DNA of 64,000 nucleotides from the NCBI GenBank assembly GCA_021202555.1, contig JAJQCT010000032.1, positions 66,299 to 130,298 on the forward strand, given 5' to 3'. The notes beneath the pieces were generated by a model, which did no database searches, was not told the DNA's origin, and was given only the letters and a program-made list of their open reading frames with translations. Below are positions 38,582 through 47,089 of this stretch, in pieces. The position numbers and the translations under genes are program-made. Positions within the stretch are counted from its first letter, which is position 1; every line of letters begins with the position of its first letter. This stretch comes from Clostridiales bacterium. Lineage in GTDB: Bacteria > Bacillota > Clostridia > Oscillospirales > CAG-272.

Positions 38582-38857
38582 TCAGTACTCATAATTTCCG
38601 GCGGACGCGCTTTTTGTCCGCGCGGCGACGGTGACTGACATCAGCTCCGAGAGCGTAACCATGTCGTCCCCCGTCAGAATAAAGCTTTTCGGCAGCTCAT
38701 GCGTCAGAACAATAAGCCTGCCCTCACTCTGGCTTTTATTAAGAAAATCCTTCGTCGTCCCCGACACGGTCGCGCTGTCCATGTCGAAAATTCCGATTAT
38801 ATCGGGAGAAAATATAAGCCTTCCCCCGCCCGCGTGTACATATGCCATAAAGTTCAC
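38582..38857 (-). CDS. DUF370 / RemB(YaaB)-like small protein
   Basis: Conserved recF-(DUF370)-gyrB position. IIGIFDMD motif. GTG start overlaps the recF stop; the ATG at 38848 is an alternative. Confidence 0.7.
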   Translation of the reverse strand: MNFMAYVHAGGGRLIFSPDIIGIFDMDSATVSGTTKDFLNKSQSEGRLIVLTHELPKSFILTGDDMVTLSELMSVTVAARTKSASAGNYEY

Positions 38858-39981
38858 CTCGCGCAGCTTTCCTTGGCGCTCCCGTCCTTGATGTAATATT
38901 TCCTTCCGTTCGGTATTCGCCTTGACGCGGAAAGGTCGCAGGCTGTTATAATCACCTGCCGCTCGCCAAGCCCCGAGGCGACAAACGAGCGCCTTTGCGG
39001 GTCAAGCTCCGAGAGCACGTCGTCAAAAAGAAACACGGGATATTCCCCCGTCCGCCTTCGCGAGCATTCCCCCTCAGCAAGCTTCATCGAAAGCACAATT
39101 CCTCTTTCCTGCCCCTGCGACGCGAATGATTTCGCCTCGCGCCCGTCAAGCGTAATCTCAATATCGTCCTTGTGCGTCCCGTACTGCGTCGAGCCTAAAA
39201 TTATCTCACGCTCCGTGTTTTCCGTGAGAAGCGACGAGTAAATTTTCCTTATGCGCGCCTCGTCCCTGTATTCGCCGCCAAGCCGCGAACACCCGCGGTA
39301 TGAAAGCCCGAGCGTCTCCGCCCCGCCCGTCATATCGGAATATATCTCACCTGACGCCAAAGCGAGCGAATCTATATATTCGCACCTTTCGACCGTGATT
39401 TTCGCGGCAAGCTCTGCGAGCTGCTCAGACCATGCCTCCAGCAGCAGCCGTCTGTCGCCTCCCTCGCGCGCCCTTTTAAGCTCCGCGTTCCTTCCGAAAA
39501 GCACCTTATTGTAGCGCTGAAGCGTCCTCATGTAAAGCGGCTTAAGCTGCGATATTGCCACGTCGACAAACGCGCGCCTCTCGGACGGCGAGCCCTTCAC
39601 GATAAAAAGATGCTCGGGACAGAAAAGAACTGCCCTGAAGCTCCCTATAAGCTCGGATAACCTTTCAAGCTTTACACCGTTTTTTGAAATTTGCTTCCGC
39701 TTCCCGCCTCCGAAATTCCCGATCTGCATTATGAGCGTGTTCTCGCTCCCGCCGCTCTCGTAAACGATTCTGACAAGCGCATAATCCGAGCCGAATCTCA
39801 CCATTTCCTCGTCATGGACAGCTCTCATGCTTTTTCCCTGCGCGAAAAGGTAAATTCCTTCGAGCATATTCGTCTTTCCCTGCGCGTTTTTTCCGAAAAG
39901 AATCGTCGATGTCGGAGAAAAATCGAGCCGCGCGCTCTCTATGTTGCGAAAATCAGTATATTCGGCGCTTTTAATTATCAT
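38854..39981 (-). CDS. recF: DNA replication and repair protein RecF
   Basis: Walker A GKNAQGKTN. Signature GQERGIVLSMKLAE. Walker B FLFDDVLSELD. Confidence 0.95.
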   Translation of the reverse strand: MIIKSAEYTDFRNIESARLDFSPTSTILFGKNAQGKTNMLEGIYLFAQGKSMRAVHDEEMVRFGSDYALVRIVYESGGSENTLIMQIGNFGGGKRKQISKNGVKLERLSELIGSFRAVLFCPEHLFIVKGSPSERRAFVDVAISQLKPLYMRTLQRYNKVLFGRNAELKRAREGGDRRLLLEAWSEQLAELAAKITVERCEYIDSLALASGEIYSDMTGGAETLGLSYRGCSRLGGEYRDEARIRKIYSSLLTENTEREIILGSTQYGTHKDDIEITLDGREAKSFASQGQERGIVLSMKLAEGECSRRRTGEYPVFLFDDVLSELDPQRRSFVASGLGERQVIITACDLSASRRIPNGRKYYIKDGSAKESCAR

Positions 39982-40021
39982 CTGTCATTTCTTTTTGTAT
40001 CTTCATTTTCCTCACTTACAG

Positions 40022-40380
40022 GTTTGAAATCTTCACTTCCATCGCTATCCGACTTTATAGCTTGAAAGATTCCATCTTTCAAGCTGTGAAGTCGATAGGT
40101 TGCAAGTTTGAAATTTTTCAAACTTGCAATCCTGTATAGTCGTCAGGTTTGAAAGATGGAAAAATTTATTTTTCCGTCTTTCAAATCCTATGCTGTCGGT
40201 TCCGCGAAGCGGAATCGCCGTCTTACTTTCTGACGGCGAAGACAGCAGCGAATCAACCGCCTATTCAACCTTTGCTGTTGTTTCCGCGAAGCGGAATCGT
40301 CGTCTTACTTTTTGACGACGAAAACAGCAAAGTTGACAGTTTTGTAATTTTGAAAAATTCTTTTTCAAAATTACAAAACT
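40022..40380. repeat. about 360-bp field of nested hairpins between recF and dnaN, including a tandem pair of three-way-junction-like units
   Basis: Hairpins at 40059-40085, 40100-40129, 40146-40188 and 40338-40380. Units at 40192-40246 and 40274-40328. All parsed by hand. Confidence 0.85.
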
Positions 40381-41527
40381 ATTCCTTCATTCTCACGGGC
40401 ATCATGAAGAATACGAAATCTCCCTCGTCCTCATCGCTCTTTTCGTCCGCGCTCGTTATCGAAATTCCCATAAGCGGCGTGGACAGCCCTATATGAAGCG
40501 TCTTTGCGTCGGTTGCCGCAACGGCGTCGAGCAGGAATCTGCAATTGAAGCCGATTTTAATGTCGTCGCCCTGCTTTTTAATCGGAATCTCGTCGTAAAC
40601 CGAGCCGGAAACGCCGTCGGAGGTTATGATAAGCCTGTCGTCCTCAAAGGAAAGTTTGACGTATCCGCGGGCAGACCCCGCCTTTTCCTCAATCATCAGA
40701 TTCGCTCTTTCAAGCGACGCGCCGAACTGACCGCGGTCAATCTCGACCGAAATCATATGCGACTTCGGCAAAATCCTTTCGTAGTCTATATATGTGCCGT
40801 CAATCAGGCGCGAGAAGAATATAATGTCCCCGACTGTGAATATTACGTGCTTTAATGTCAGGGAGACTGTCATCATGTCCTCCGTATCAGCGACGCGGCG
40901 TGAAAGCTCCGTGAGAGTCGTCCCCGGAACTATAAACGAAACATCAGTCTCGCCGACACCGTGGGCGTTTGAAATCTCGCACCTTGAAACGCATTTTGAA
41001 AGCCTGTTTGCGTCGCATGAAACGACAGTTATCTCGCCGCTTGAAATTTTGAAATACGCGCCCGTGAATATGGGACGCTGATCCTTTGCCGCTATCGCAA
41101 AGCGCGTCATCTCAATAAAGCGCTTCATCACGTGCTGCGGAATATCAAATCCCGTCTCGCCCGAAAGGACGGGCAGCGACGGAAAATCCGACCCCGGAAG
41201 CGCATGAAGCTCAAAGCAGCTCTTGCCGCTCGTAATTTTCACATTCATTCTGTCATTTACGGTCAGAAGCAGCTCTCCCGACGGAATCGTTTTGATAATC
41301 GAGTAGAATTTCTGCGCGTTTATAATATAGCTGCCCGGCTCAATGACCTCGCATTCAAGTGACGTTCTGATTCCCTTTTCAGTGTCATAGCCCGTAATGA
41401 CGCATACTCCGTCCTTTGCCTCAAAGAGCAGTCCCTCAATAGCCTGTATCGTGCTTTTTGACGAGACAGCTCCGAGAGCGGGTGTTACTGCCGCTATAAG
41501 CGGCTCCTTTTCAAATCTTACCTTCAT
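40379..41527 (-). CDS. dnaN: DNA polymerase III beta sliding clamp
   Basis: 382 aa with three-domain clamp pattern. Position downstream of dnaA. Confidence 0.95.
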   Translation of the reverse strand: MKVRFEKEPLIAAVTPALGAVSSKSTIQAIEGLLFEAKDGVCVITGYDTEKGIRTSLECEVIEPGSYIINAQKFYSIIKTIPSGELLLTVNDRMNVKITSGKSCFELHALPGSDFPSLPVLSGETGFDIPQHVMKRFIEMTRFAIAAKDQRPIFTGAYFKISSGEITVVSCDANRLSKCVSRCEISNAHGVGETDVSFIVPGTTLTELSRRVADTEDMMTVSLTLKHVIFTVGDIIFFSRLIDGTYIDYERILPKSHMISVEIDRGQFGASLERANLMIEEKAGSARGYVKLSFEDDRLIITSDGVSGSVYDEIPIKKQGDDIKIGFNCRFLLDAVAATDAKTLHIGLSTPLMGISITSADEKSDEDEGDFVFFMMPVRMKE

Positions 41528-42049
41528 CCTCTTTCCTCTCCTCCCACAGTAAGCTTCACAGCCTGCGATTCGCAGCTTTTTTCACCCCTGTGGAAAATTT
41601 TTTGTCCGAGCGCGAACGCGCCCACAATATAATATATTATATATATCAGCAGCCGCAGCAGTAGGCTCTGTGGAAAATGCGGAAAACTCGCCGCAGCCCT
41701 TTTATTTGCTCAATTTTCCGACCGCAAATCATGTTGAAAACAGCCGGCAAATCATGTTGACGCCCAAAAGCTTATCAACAGCCCCCGAAAAATCCCGCTC
41801 AGCTGCCGCTGTGCCACCGCTGTCAAATTTAAGCCTTGACTTCCACAAAAAGGGACGAAAATCGGCTGATTTTTGTCTTATCAACAGCCCCCGGCGAAAT
41901 TTGCCGACAGGAAATTTTCGTGTTATGGCGGGAATTTCCGAAGTCTTCGTGAGCTGTAAACCCGATTTTGCGGCAGGTTTTCCACAGACTTTTCCACAGA
42001 CTGTGGAAAAGTCGGGCGATAAAATGCCTTCGCAGACGCCCCCAAGCGG
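41528..42049. other. oriC (dnaA-dnaN spacer): DnaA-box cluster plus AT-rich unwinding element
   Basis: TTTTCCACA/TGTGGAAAA at 41589, 41669, 41978, 41990 and 42002. TTATCAACA at 41772 and 41878. A weaker ACTTCCACA at 41839. Confidence 0.8.
41626..41646. other. candidate DNA unwinding element (21 consecutive A/T)
   Basis: AATATAATATATTATATATAT, flanked by DnaA boxes at 41589 and 41669. Confidence 0.6.
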
Positions 42050-43450
42050 TCAGATTTCAATATCGTTCAGAAGATCGTTTATCTCAACCGCGAAGGCTGG
42101 ATTCGATTCGATTTCGCGGTCGATTACGCCGATTGATGAAACTATCGTCGAGTGGTCGCGCCCGAATATCTTCCCGATGGCGGGCAGTGAAAGCTCCGTC
42201 TTTTTCCGAAGCACATATACGGCGATATGACGCGCCCATGAAATATTTTTCATTCTGCTCTTGCCGATAATATCCTTCGATTCGACGCCGTAGCGGGAGC
42301 TTACCTCGGAGAGCACGCGCTCCACCTTAGCCTCCGTCGGCACCTCCTCGGGAATCACGTCCGCAATGCATCTTGCCGCCATGTCAAGCGTAACGGGACC
42401 GCCTGAGACAAAGCTCGTCGCCGAAAGGCGCTTGAGCGTCCCTTCAATCTGCCGCACGTTGCTTTTCAGCTTATCCGCCAAAAATCCGACGACATCGGAT
42501 GAAAGTGAAAGCGACATCGCCTCCGCCTTTTTCTTTATAATCGCCGCGCGAAGCTCGGGGTCGGGCGGCTGAATGTCAGCTATAAGCCCCCATTCGCACC
42601 TCGTCTTGATTCTGTCCTCGAGGAGCTTTATGTCGCGCGCCGGTCTGTCGCTTGTGAAAATTATCTGCTTATGCGCGTCGTAAAGCGTATTGAAGGTGTG
42701 AAACAGCTCCTCCTGCGTCGAGGTCTTGCCCGCTACAAACTGCACGTCGTCAATCAGCAGCACATCAGCCCGCCTGAATTTCTCGCGGAAGGTCTGCGTG
42801 CTTCTCTCCGAAATCGCCGCTATAAGCTGATTTGTGAAATCCTCGCATTTCGTGTAAACGACGTTGAGCGTTGGATTTTTGCGCTTCAGCTCGTTTGTGA
42901 CGGCGTACATCAGATGCGTCTTTCCAAGCCCGCTGTGACCGTAAATGAAAAGCGGATTGTATACAGACCCCGGCGTGTTCGCGACCGCAAGACAGGCAGC
43001 GTGAGCGAATTTGTTTGAATCCCCGACTATGAAATTTTCAAACGTGTACTCTGTGTGGAAAACGAAATCCTCTGTCCCAGATGTCATCGCAGATGTCATC
43101 TGGGTTGACATCTGTGCCGAGGCGGCGGCATCCTTCTGAAAGGAGGCGGGAACTGTTCCCATTCCGATTCCCGTCGGCGTGCGCGCCCTTTCAAGCGAGC
43201 GGACGGTGACGAAGCAGCGCTTGTTCGTCGTGAGCGAGAACAGCTCCTCCAGCAGCCGCTTATAATTCCTGCTTACAATATCAGCCTTGAAATCCGCGCC
43301 GACTGTAACCTCGGCGAAAAGATCGCCACTCTGCTCCTTGAGCGAGGAAAGCTCCATATCAGCAAACCAAAGCCCGTATGTCGAATCAGAGAACTGCCGC
43401 CGCAGCTCGTTTTTAACGGTCGTCACCGTTTCCGATAAATCATAGTTCAA
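42050..43450 (-). CDS. dnaA: chromosomal replication initiator DnaA (TTG start)
   Basis: Walker A GHSGLGKTHL. Walker B LLIDDVQF. C-terminal DnaA signature HSTIVSSI. Confidence 0.97.
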   Translation of the reverse strand: MNYDLSETVTTVKNELRRQFSDSTYGLWFADMELSSLKEQSGDLFAEVTVGADFKADIVSRNYKRLLEELFSLTTNKRCFVTVRSLERARTPTGIGMGTVPASFQKDAAASAQMSTQMTSAMTSGTEDFVFHTEYTFENFIVGDSNKFAHAACLAVANTPGSVYNPLFIYGHSGLGKTHLMYAVTNELKRKNPTLNVVYTKCEDFTNQLIAAISERSTQTFREKFRRADVLLIDDVQFVAGKTSTQEELFHTFNTLYDAHKQIIFTSDRPARDIKLLEDRIKTRCEWGLIADIQPPDPELRAAIIKKKAEAMSLSLSSDVVGFLADKLKSNVRQIEGTLKRLSATSFVSGGPVTLDMAARCIADVIPEEVPTEAKVERVLSEVSSRYGVESKDIIGKSRMKNISWARHIAVYVLRKKTELSLPAIGKIFGRDHSTIVSSIGVIDREIESNPAFAVEINDLLNDIEI

Positions 43451-43504
43451 AATATCATACCCTTACCGTATTTTTTATTTAAGCGCAATGCGCGAATATT
43501 CAAC

Positions 43505-43544
43505 AGACTTGAAGAATAAGGCTGTGCCTTATTCTTCAAAGTCT
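43505..43544. repeat. type-2-related hairpin AGAC-TTGAAGAATAAGGC-tgt-GCCTTATTCTTCAA-aGTCT
   Basis: Same frame (ACAGAC TTGA..GC tgt GC..TCAA .GTCT) as 52414-52456. Preceded by AATATTCAAC. Confidence 0.7.
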
Positions 43545-43654
43545 TACCCTTATATTATACCATAAACTCTTCTGTAAGTCAAGAGTTAATATGAAAACAA
43601 TGCCGAAAACGGCGCCGAAATATCGGCACACAAAAGGGCTTCTATTCGTCAAAA

Positions 43655-43668
43655 TGAACATATGTTCG
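43655..43668. promoter_or_regulatory. near-consensus LexA (Cheo) box TGAACATATGTTCG
   Basis: GAAC-N4-GTTC with ATAT spacer, in the dnaA-rpmH divergent region. Confidence 0.55.
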
Positions 43669-43782
43669 CTTTTTGCGCCCCTTCCATGCGAAAAAAGCGC
43701 AGAACACACAGCGGAACGCTTGTGAGAGGGAAAAAAATTCGGGCGCGGGAGGTGCAAATATCATACTTTTTGAGAAAAACGC

Positions 43783-43812
43783 TTGACAAACGGGGAAAAT
43801 ATGCGCTATAAT
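43783..43812 (+). promoter_or_regulatory. rpmH promoter (TTGACA-18-TATAAT)
   Basis: TTGACA at 43783-43788 and TATAAT at 43807-43812. Confidence 0.65.
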
Positions 43813-43883
43813 AAAAAGCGCGCCGTGCGGCGCGGCGCGATTTTACGTTTTATTATGCGCATATAAAGTGAGGAGGTGCCGAA

Positions 43884-44018
43884 ATGAAGAGGACATACCA
43901 GCCCAAAAAGCTCCAGAGACAGAAGGAGCATGGCTTCATGAAAAGAATGAGGACAGCAAACGGGCGCAAGGTTTTGAAGAGAAGGCGCGCGAAGGGCAGA
44001 GCGAGACTTTCTTATTGA
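43884..44018 (+). CDS. rpmH: 50S ribosomal protein L34
   Basis: [53 protein letters not shown]. Too short for the ORF track, which shows an out-of-frame GTG ORF instead. Confidence 0.95.
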   Translation: MKRTYQPKKLQRQKEHGFMKRMRTANGRKVLKRRRAKGRARLSY

Positions 44019-44032
44019 GAATCGTAACCGAA

Positions 44033-44068
44033 CCTCAGAAGCGGAGCCAACGGCAGCCGCTTCTGAGG
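44033..44068 (+). terminator. hairpin between rpmH and rnpA (possible attenuator)
   Basis: CCTCAGAAGCGG-N12-CCGCTTCTGAGG. The T-run lies only about 25 nt further on. Confidence 0.35.
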
Positions 44069-44115
44069 AAAAGCGTCATTCTGCCGATTTTTTTTGAAGG
44101 ACCGCATTTGCCGCT

Positions 44116-44451
44116 ATGAGGGGAACAATCAAAAAAAGCGGAATTTTCACCCGCGCGTACAGGCGCGGAAGAAAATACGTCGGAAAATATTCGGTTTTGT
44201 ACGTGCTGTCGGGAAAACCCGATGAGGAAAGCGTTTACGGTATTACCGTGACGAAAAAACGAGGGGGAGCGGTAACGCGCAACAGAATCAGGCGCGTGCT
44301 GCGTGAGGCGTACAGACAGAACGCGGGCGATATTGTGACGGGAAAATACATCGTCATCACCGCAAGAGACGCGGCAAGGGACGCTAAATCCTACGACGCT
44401 GCCCGCGATATGAGAGCAGGCTTTGGGGCTCTCGGAATTTTGAAAAAGTGA
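44116..44451 (+). CDS. rnpA: ribonuclease P protein component
   Basis: Basic 111-aa protein with an RNR-type motif ([16 protein letters not shown]), after rpmH. Confidence 0.93.
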   Translation: MRGTIKKSGIFTRAYRRGRKYVGKYSVLYVLSGKPDEESVYGITVTKKRGGAVTRNRIRRVLREAYRQNAGDIVTGKYIVITARDAARDAKSYDAARDMRAGFGALGILKK

Positions 44452-44687
44452 AGTACCTTTGCATAAAGCTCATCGAGCTTTACCAGAAATACGTCTCGCC
44501 GCTGAAAAGGTATCCGTCGTGCCGGTTTACCCCCACCTGCTCGCAGTACGCGAAGGAGGCGCTTTTGAAGCGCGGATTTTTTGTAGGCACGGCACTCACC
44601 GTGTGGCGGATTCTGCGCTGCAATCCCTTTTCAAAGGGCGGGTACGACCCGGTACCCCCGAAAAAGGAAAGGGGAAAGCATTCATGA
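44448..44687 (+). CDS. yidD: membrane protein insertion efficiency factor YidD
   Basis: [30 protein letters not shown] signature. GTG start overlaps the rnpA stop. Confidence 0.9.
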   Translation: MKYLCIKLIELYQKYVSPLKRYPSCRFTPTCSQYAKEALLKRGFFVGTALTVWRILRCNPFSKGGYDPVPPKKERGKHS

Positions 44688-44736
44688 TTGACCGCGCCTT
44701 ATATCATGGTGCGGATTAAAGGAGAAATTTACGGAG

Positions 44737-46263
44737 TTGAAAACAAAGGAATTTCGCGTGCGCGCGTATATCGCGTTTATTTTGTGCGCGGTTATGATAT
44801 TAGCCTGCTCTTTTACAACATCTGTTTTTGCCGATGACACAGCTTCAGACGTCACGTCTGAAGCTGACGAGACGTCAGAAGCTGACGAAACTGATACCGA
44901 AACGGAGCTGACGGAGATAACAATCGAGGAGGAGGATTCGAGCTTTTCGATTCTCGACATTCTCTATATCCCGATGGGCTTCATCATGCGCGTATGCTAC
45001 AGCATAACGAACAATTACGCTTTCGCGCTTCTGCTTTTCGCGCTTGTAATGCAGCTCATTTTGCTCCCGCTCGGGGTAAGACAGCAAAAGGGAATGATAA
45101 AGCAGGCGTCGCTTCGCCCGAAGGAAAGCGCGATTCGCAAGAAGTACGCGGGGCGCACCGATCAGGCGACGCAGAAGAAGATGAACGACGAGCTGATGGC
45201 GCTCTATCAGGCGGAAAATTACAATCCCGCGAGCGGATGTCTGCCACTTCTCATTCAGCTTCCGATAATTCTTGCGCTTTTCACAGTTGTGCGTCAGCCG
45301 CTCACGTATATAACGCGGCTTGACGAGGGAGTTATCGACGCGCTCAAATCCGCAGTCGAGCAGCTTGGCGGCACTCTTACGACCTCATACGAGGAAATAA
45401 GCGTTATCACCTTCATACGCGACAACGGGCTTGACGGAATCCGCTCGATAATAACGAATTTCGACGAGCTTTCGGGAATCACGGATTCAACCGTTTTCCC
45501 CGATTTCACGATGTTCGGAGTATTTGACCTGTCCGTTATACCGTCAAGTCAGTTCATACCGTATATTCTCGTTCCTATACTGACGGGAGCGGTCATGCTC
45601 ATAACGACGAAGCTTCAGCGGAAATTCACCTATCAGTCCGAGGCGACGATGGACGCGCAGAATCAGTCCTCGATGAAGATAATGATGTGGATTTCGCCTC
45701 TCATGTGTGCGTATTTTGCCTACATTGTCCCGTCCGCCATCGGCGTATACTGGATTTGGCGAAATCTGCTCTCATTTTTGCAGCAGGTGATTCTCTCAAA
45801 GGTGATGCCGACGCCGAAATTTACAGAGGAGGAGCTTCTGGCGGCGGAGCGCGAATATCTCGGGAAAAAGCCCAAAAAGTCGGGCGCATCCGTAGAGGGC
45901 GGTCAGAAAAAGGTTTACGACGCAGACCATCCGCGTCCGCGCTCACTGCACCGAATTGATTTTGAGGACACAACACCGTTGGACGAGGACGTGTCGTCCT
46001 CGTCCAAGGTGGCGAAGACGGCGCAGCCGTCTTCGAGTAAAGATGCTTCGGGTGAGGAAAGCACGGATTCGTCAAAGACAGGCGAGGAAAGCGGAGGCGC
46101 GTCGGGCGGGCTGATTGAGGCGGCGCCGCTCAAGACTGACACCCGCTCCGACAAGGCGGCGGGAAGGAAAAAGAAAAAGCGCTCGGACGACAAAACAGAC
46201 GACAAAACAGAAGAGGAATCCGCAGCTGATGCGGAAAAAACGACAGAGAAAGAGAAGGATTGA
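44737..46263 (+). CDS. yidC: YidC/Oxa1-family membrane insertase with acidic N-terminal and long charged C-terminal extensions
   Basis: Core MQLILLPLGVRQQKGMIK...NPASGCLPLLIQLPI. TTG start with an AAAGGAG RBS. Confidence 0.88.
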   Translation: MKTKEFRVRAYIAFILCAVMILACSFTTSVFADDTASDVTSEADETSEADETDTETELTEITIEEEDSSFSILDILYIPMGFIMRVCYSITNNYAFALLLFALVMQLILLPLGVRQQKGMIKQASLRPKESAIRKKYAGRTDQATQKKMNDELMALYQAENYNPASGCLPLLIQLPIILALFTVVRQPLTYITRLDEGVIDALKSAVEQLGGTLTTSYEEISVITFIRDNGLDGIRSIITNFDELSGITDSTVFPDFTMFGVFDLSVIPSSQFIPYILVPILTGAVMLITTKLQRKFTYQSEATMDAQNQSSMKIMMWISPLMCAYFAYIVPSAIGVYWIWRNLLSFLQQVILSKVMPTPKFTEEELLAAEREYLGKKPKKSGASVEGGQKKVYDADHPRPRSLHRIDFEDTTPLDEDVSSSSKVAKTAQPSSSKDASGEESTDSSKTGEESGGASGGLIEAAPLKTDTRSDKAAGRKKKKRSDDKTDDKTEEESAADAEKTTEKEKD

Positions 46264-46265
46264 CC

Positions 46266-47009
46266 ATGAAGAAGGAATTTACCGTAACGGGAAAAACAAT
46301 AAGCGACGCGATTGCGGCGGCGAAGGCGGGTGCCGAGGCGGGAATCGACCCCTCGGGAATGCAGTTTGAAATTATTGAGCAGCCGAAGAAGGGAATACTC
46401 GGAATCGGCTCATCTCCCGCAGTCGTGAAGGTTACATACGAGGTGCCGGACCCCGACGCGGCTCTCGATTTCGTGAAAACGGTCGTTTCGGCTATGGGAC
46501 TTGACGCGTCGGTTACAAAGACTGTCGGCGAGGACGGCTCCACGATGATAAGCGTCGAGGGAGAGGGGACGAGCTATCTCATCGGACATCACGGCGAGAC
46601 GCTCGATTCGCTTCAGTATCTCGCGTCCCTCGCTGCCAACAGGCGTATTTCAAAGGAAAATGCCGCTGAAAACGGCGGCGATGCAGATGACGACGGCGAG
46701 AAGAGCGGTCGAAAATATACGCGCGTGACTGTTGATATTGCGGGGTATCGCGCAAAGCGCGAGGAGACGCTCCGCTCGCTCGCAAGGCGCACGGCGTCCC
46801 GCGTCAAAAAATCAGGGCGCAGCGTGACACTCGAGCCGATGTCGTCGTATGAGCGCAGAATCGTGCATTCGGAGATTCAGGGAATCGACGGGGTGACGAC
46901 GCATTCCGTCGGAACCGACACGGAGCGCAGAATCGTAGTCGCGCTCGACCGCGGCGGCTACAGGCGCACGGGCGGCTATCAGAGAACGTCCGAGCCGAGC
47001 GCAGAATAA
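46266..47009 (+). CDS. jag: Jag/KhpB RNA-binding protein (Jag_N, KH, R3H)
   Basis: R3H motif LEPMSSYERRIVHSEI. Position after yidC. Confidence 0.88.
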   Translation: MKKEFTVTGKTISDAIAAAKAGAEAGIDPSGMQFEIIEQPKKGILGIGSSPAVVKVTYEVPDPDAALDFVKTVVSAMGLDASVTKTVGEDGSTMISVEGEGTSYLIGHHGETLDSLQYLASLAANRRISKENAAENGGDADDDGEKSGRKYTRVTVDIAGYRAKREETLRSLARRTASRVKKSGRSVTLEPMSSYERRIVHSEIQGIDGVTTHSVGTDTERRIVVALDRGGYRRTGGYQRTSEPSAE

Positions 47010-47041
47010 GCATTTATTTCGGATTTCAAGAAAAAACACTG

Positions 47042-47068
47042 AAAAAGGGGACGCTGAGTCCCCTTTTT
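47042..47068. terminator. intrinsic terminator AAAAAGGGGAC-gctga-GTCCCCTTTTT
   Basis: Read directly. Flanked by A/T runs. Confidence 0.75.
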
Positions 47069-47089
47069 AATCGTAAAGAAGGGGTACGC

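Noticed and set aside
41670-42230. 186-aa ORF (plus the 41968-42270 ORF) in the dnaA-dnaN spacer
   Set aside because: It lies across the DnaA-box cluster and overlaps the dnaA 3' end. It has no RBS and low-complexity composition. Treated as a chance ORF within oriC.
43868-44119. 83-aa GTG-initiated ORF over the rpmH locus
   Set aside because: It is out of frame with the obvious 44-aa L34 sequence (MKRTYQPKK..., 43884-44018), which has an AGGAGG RBS.
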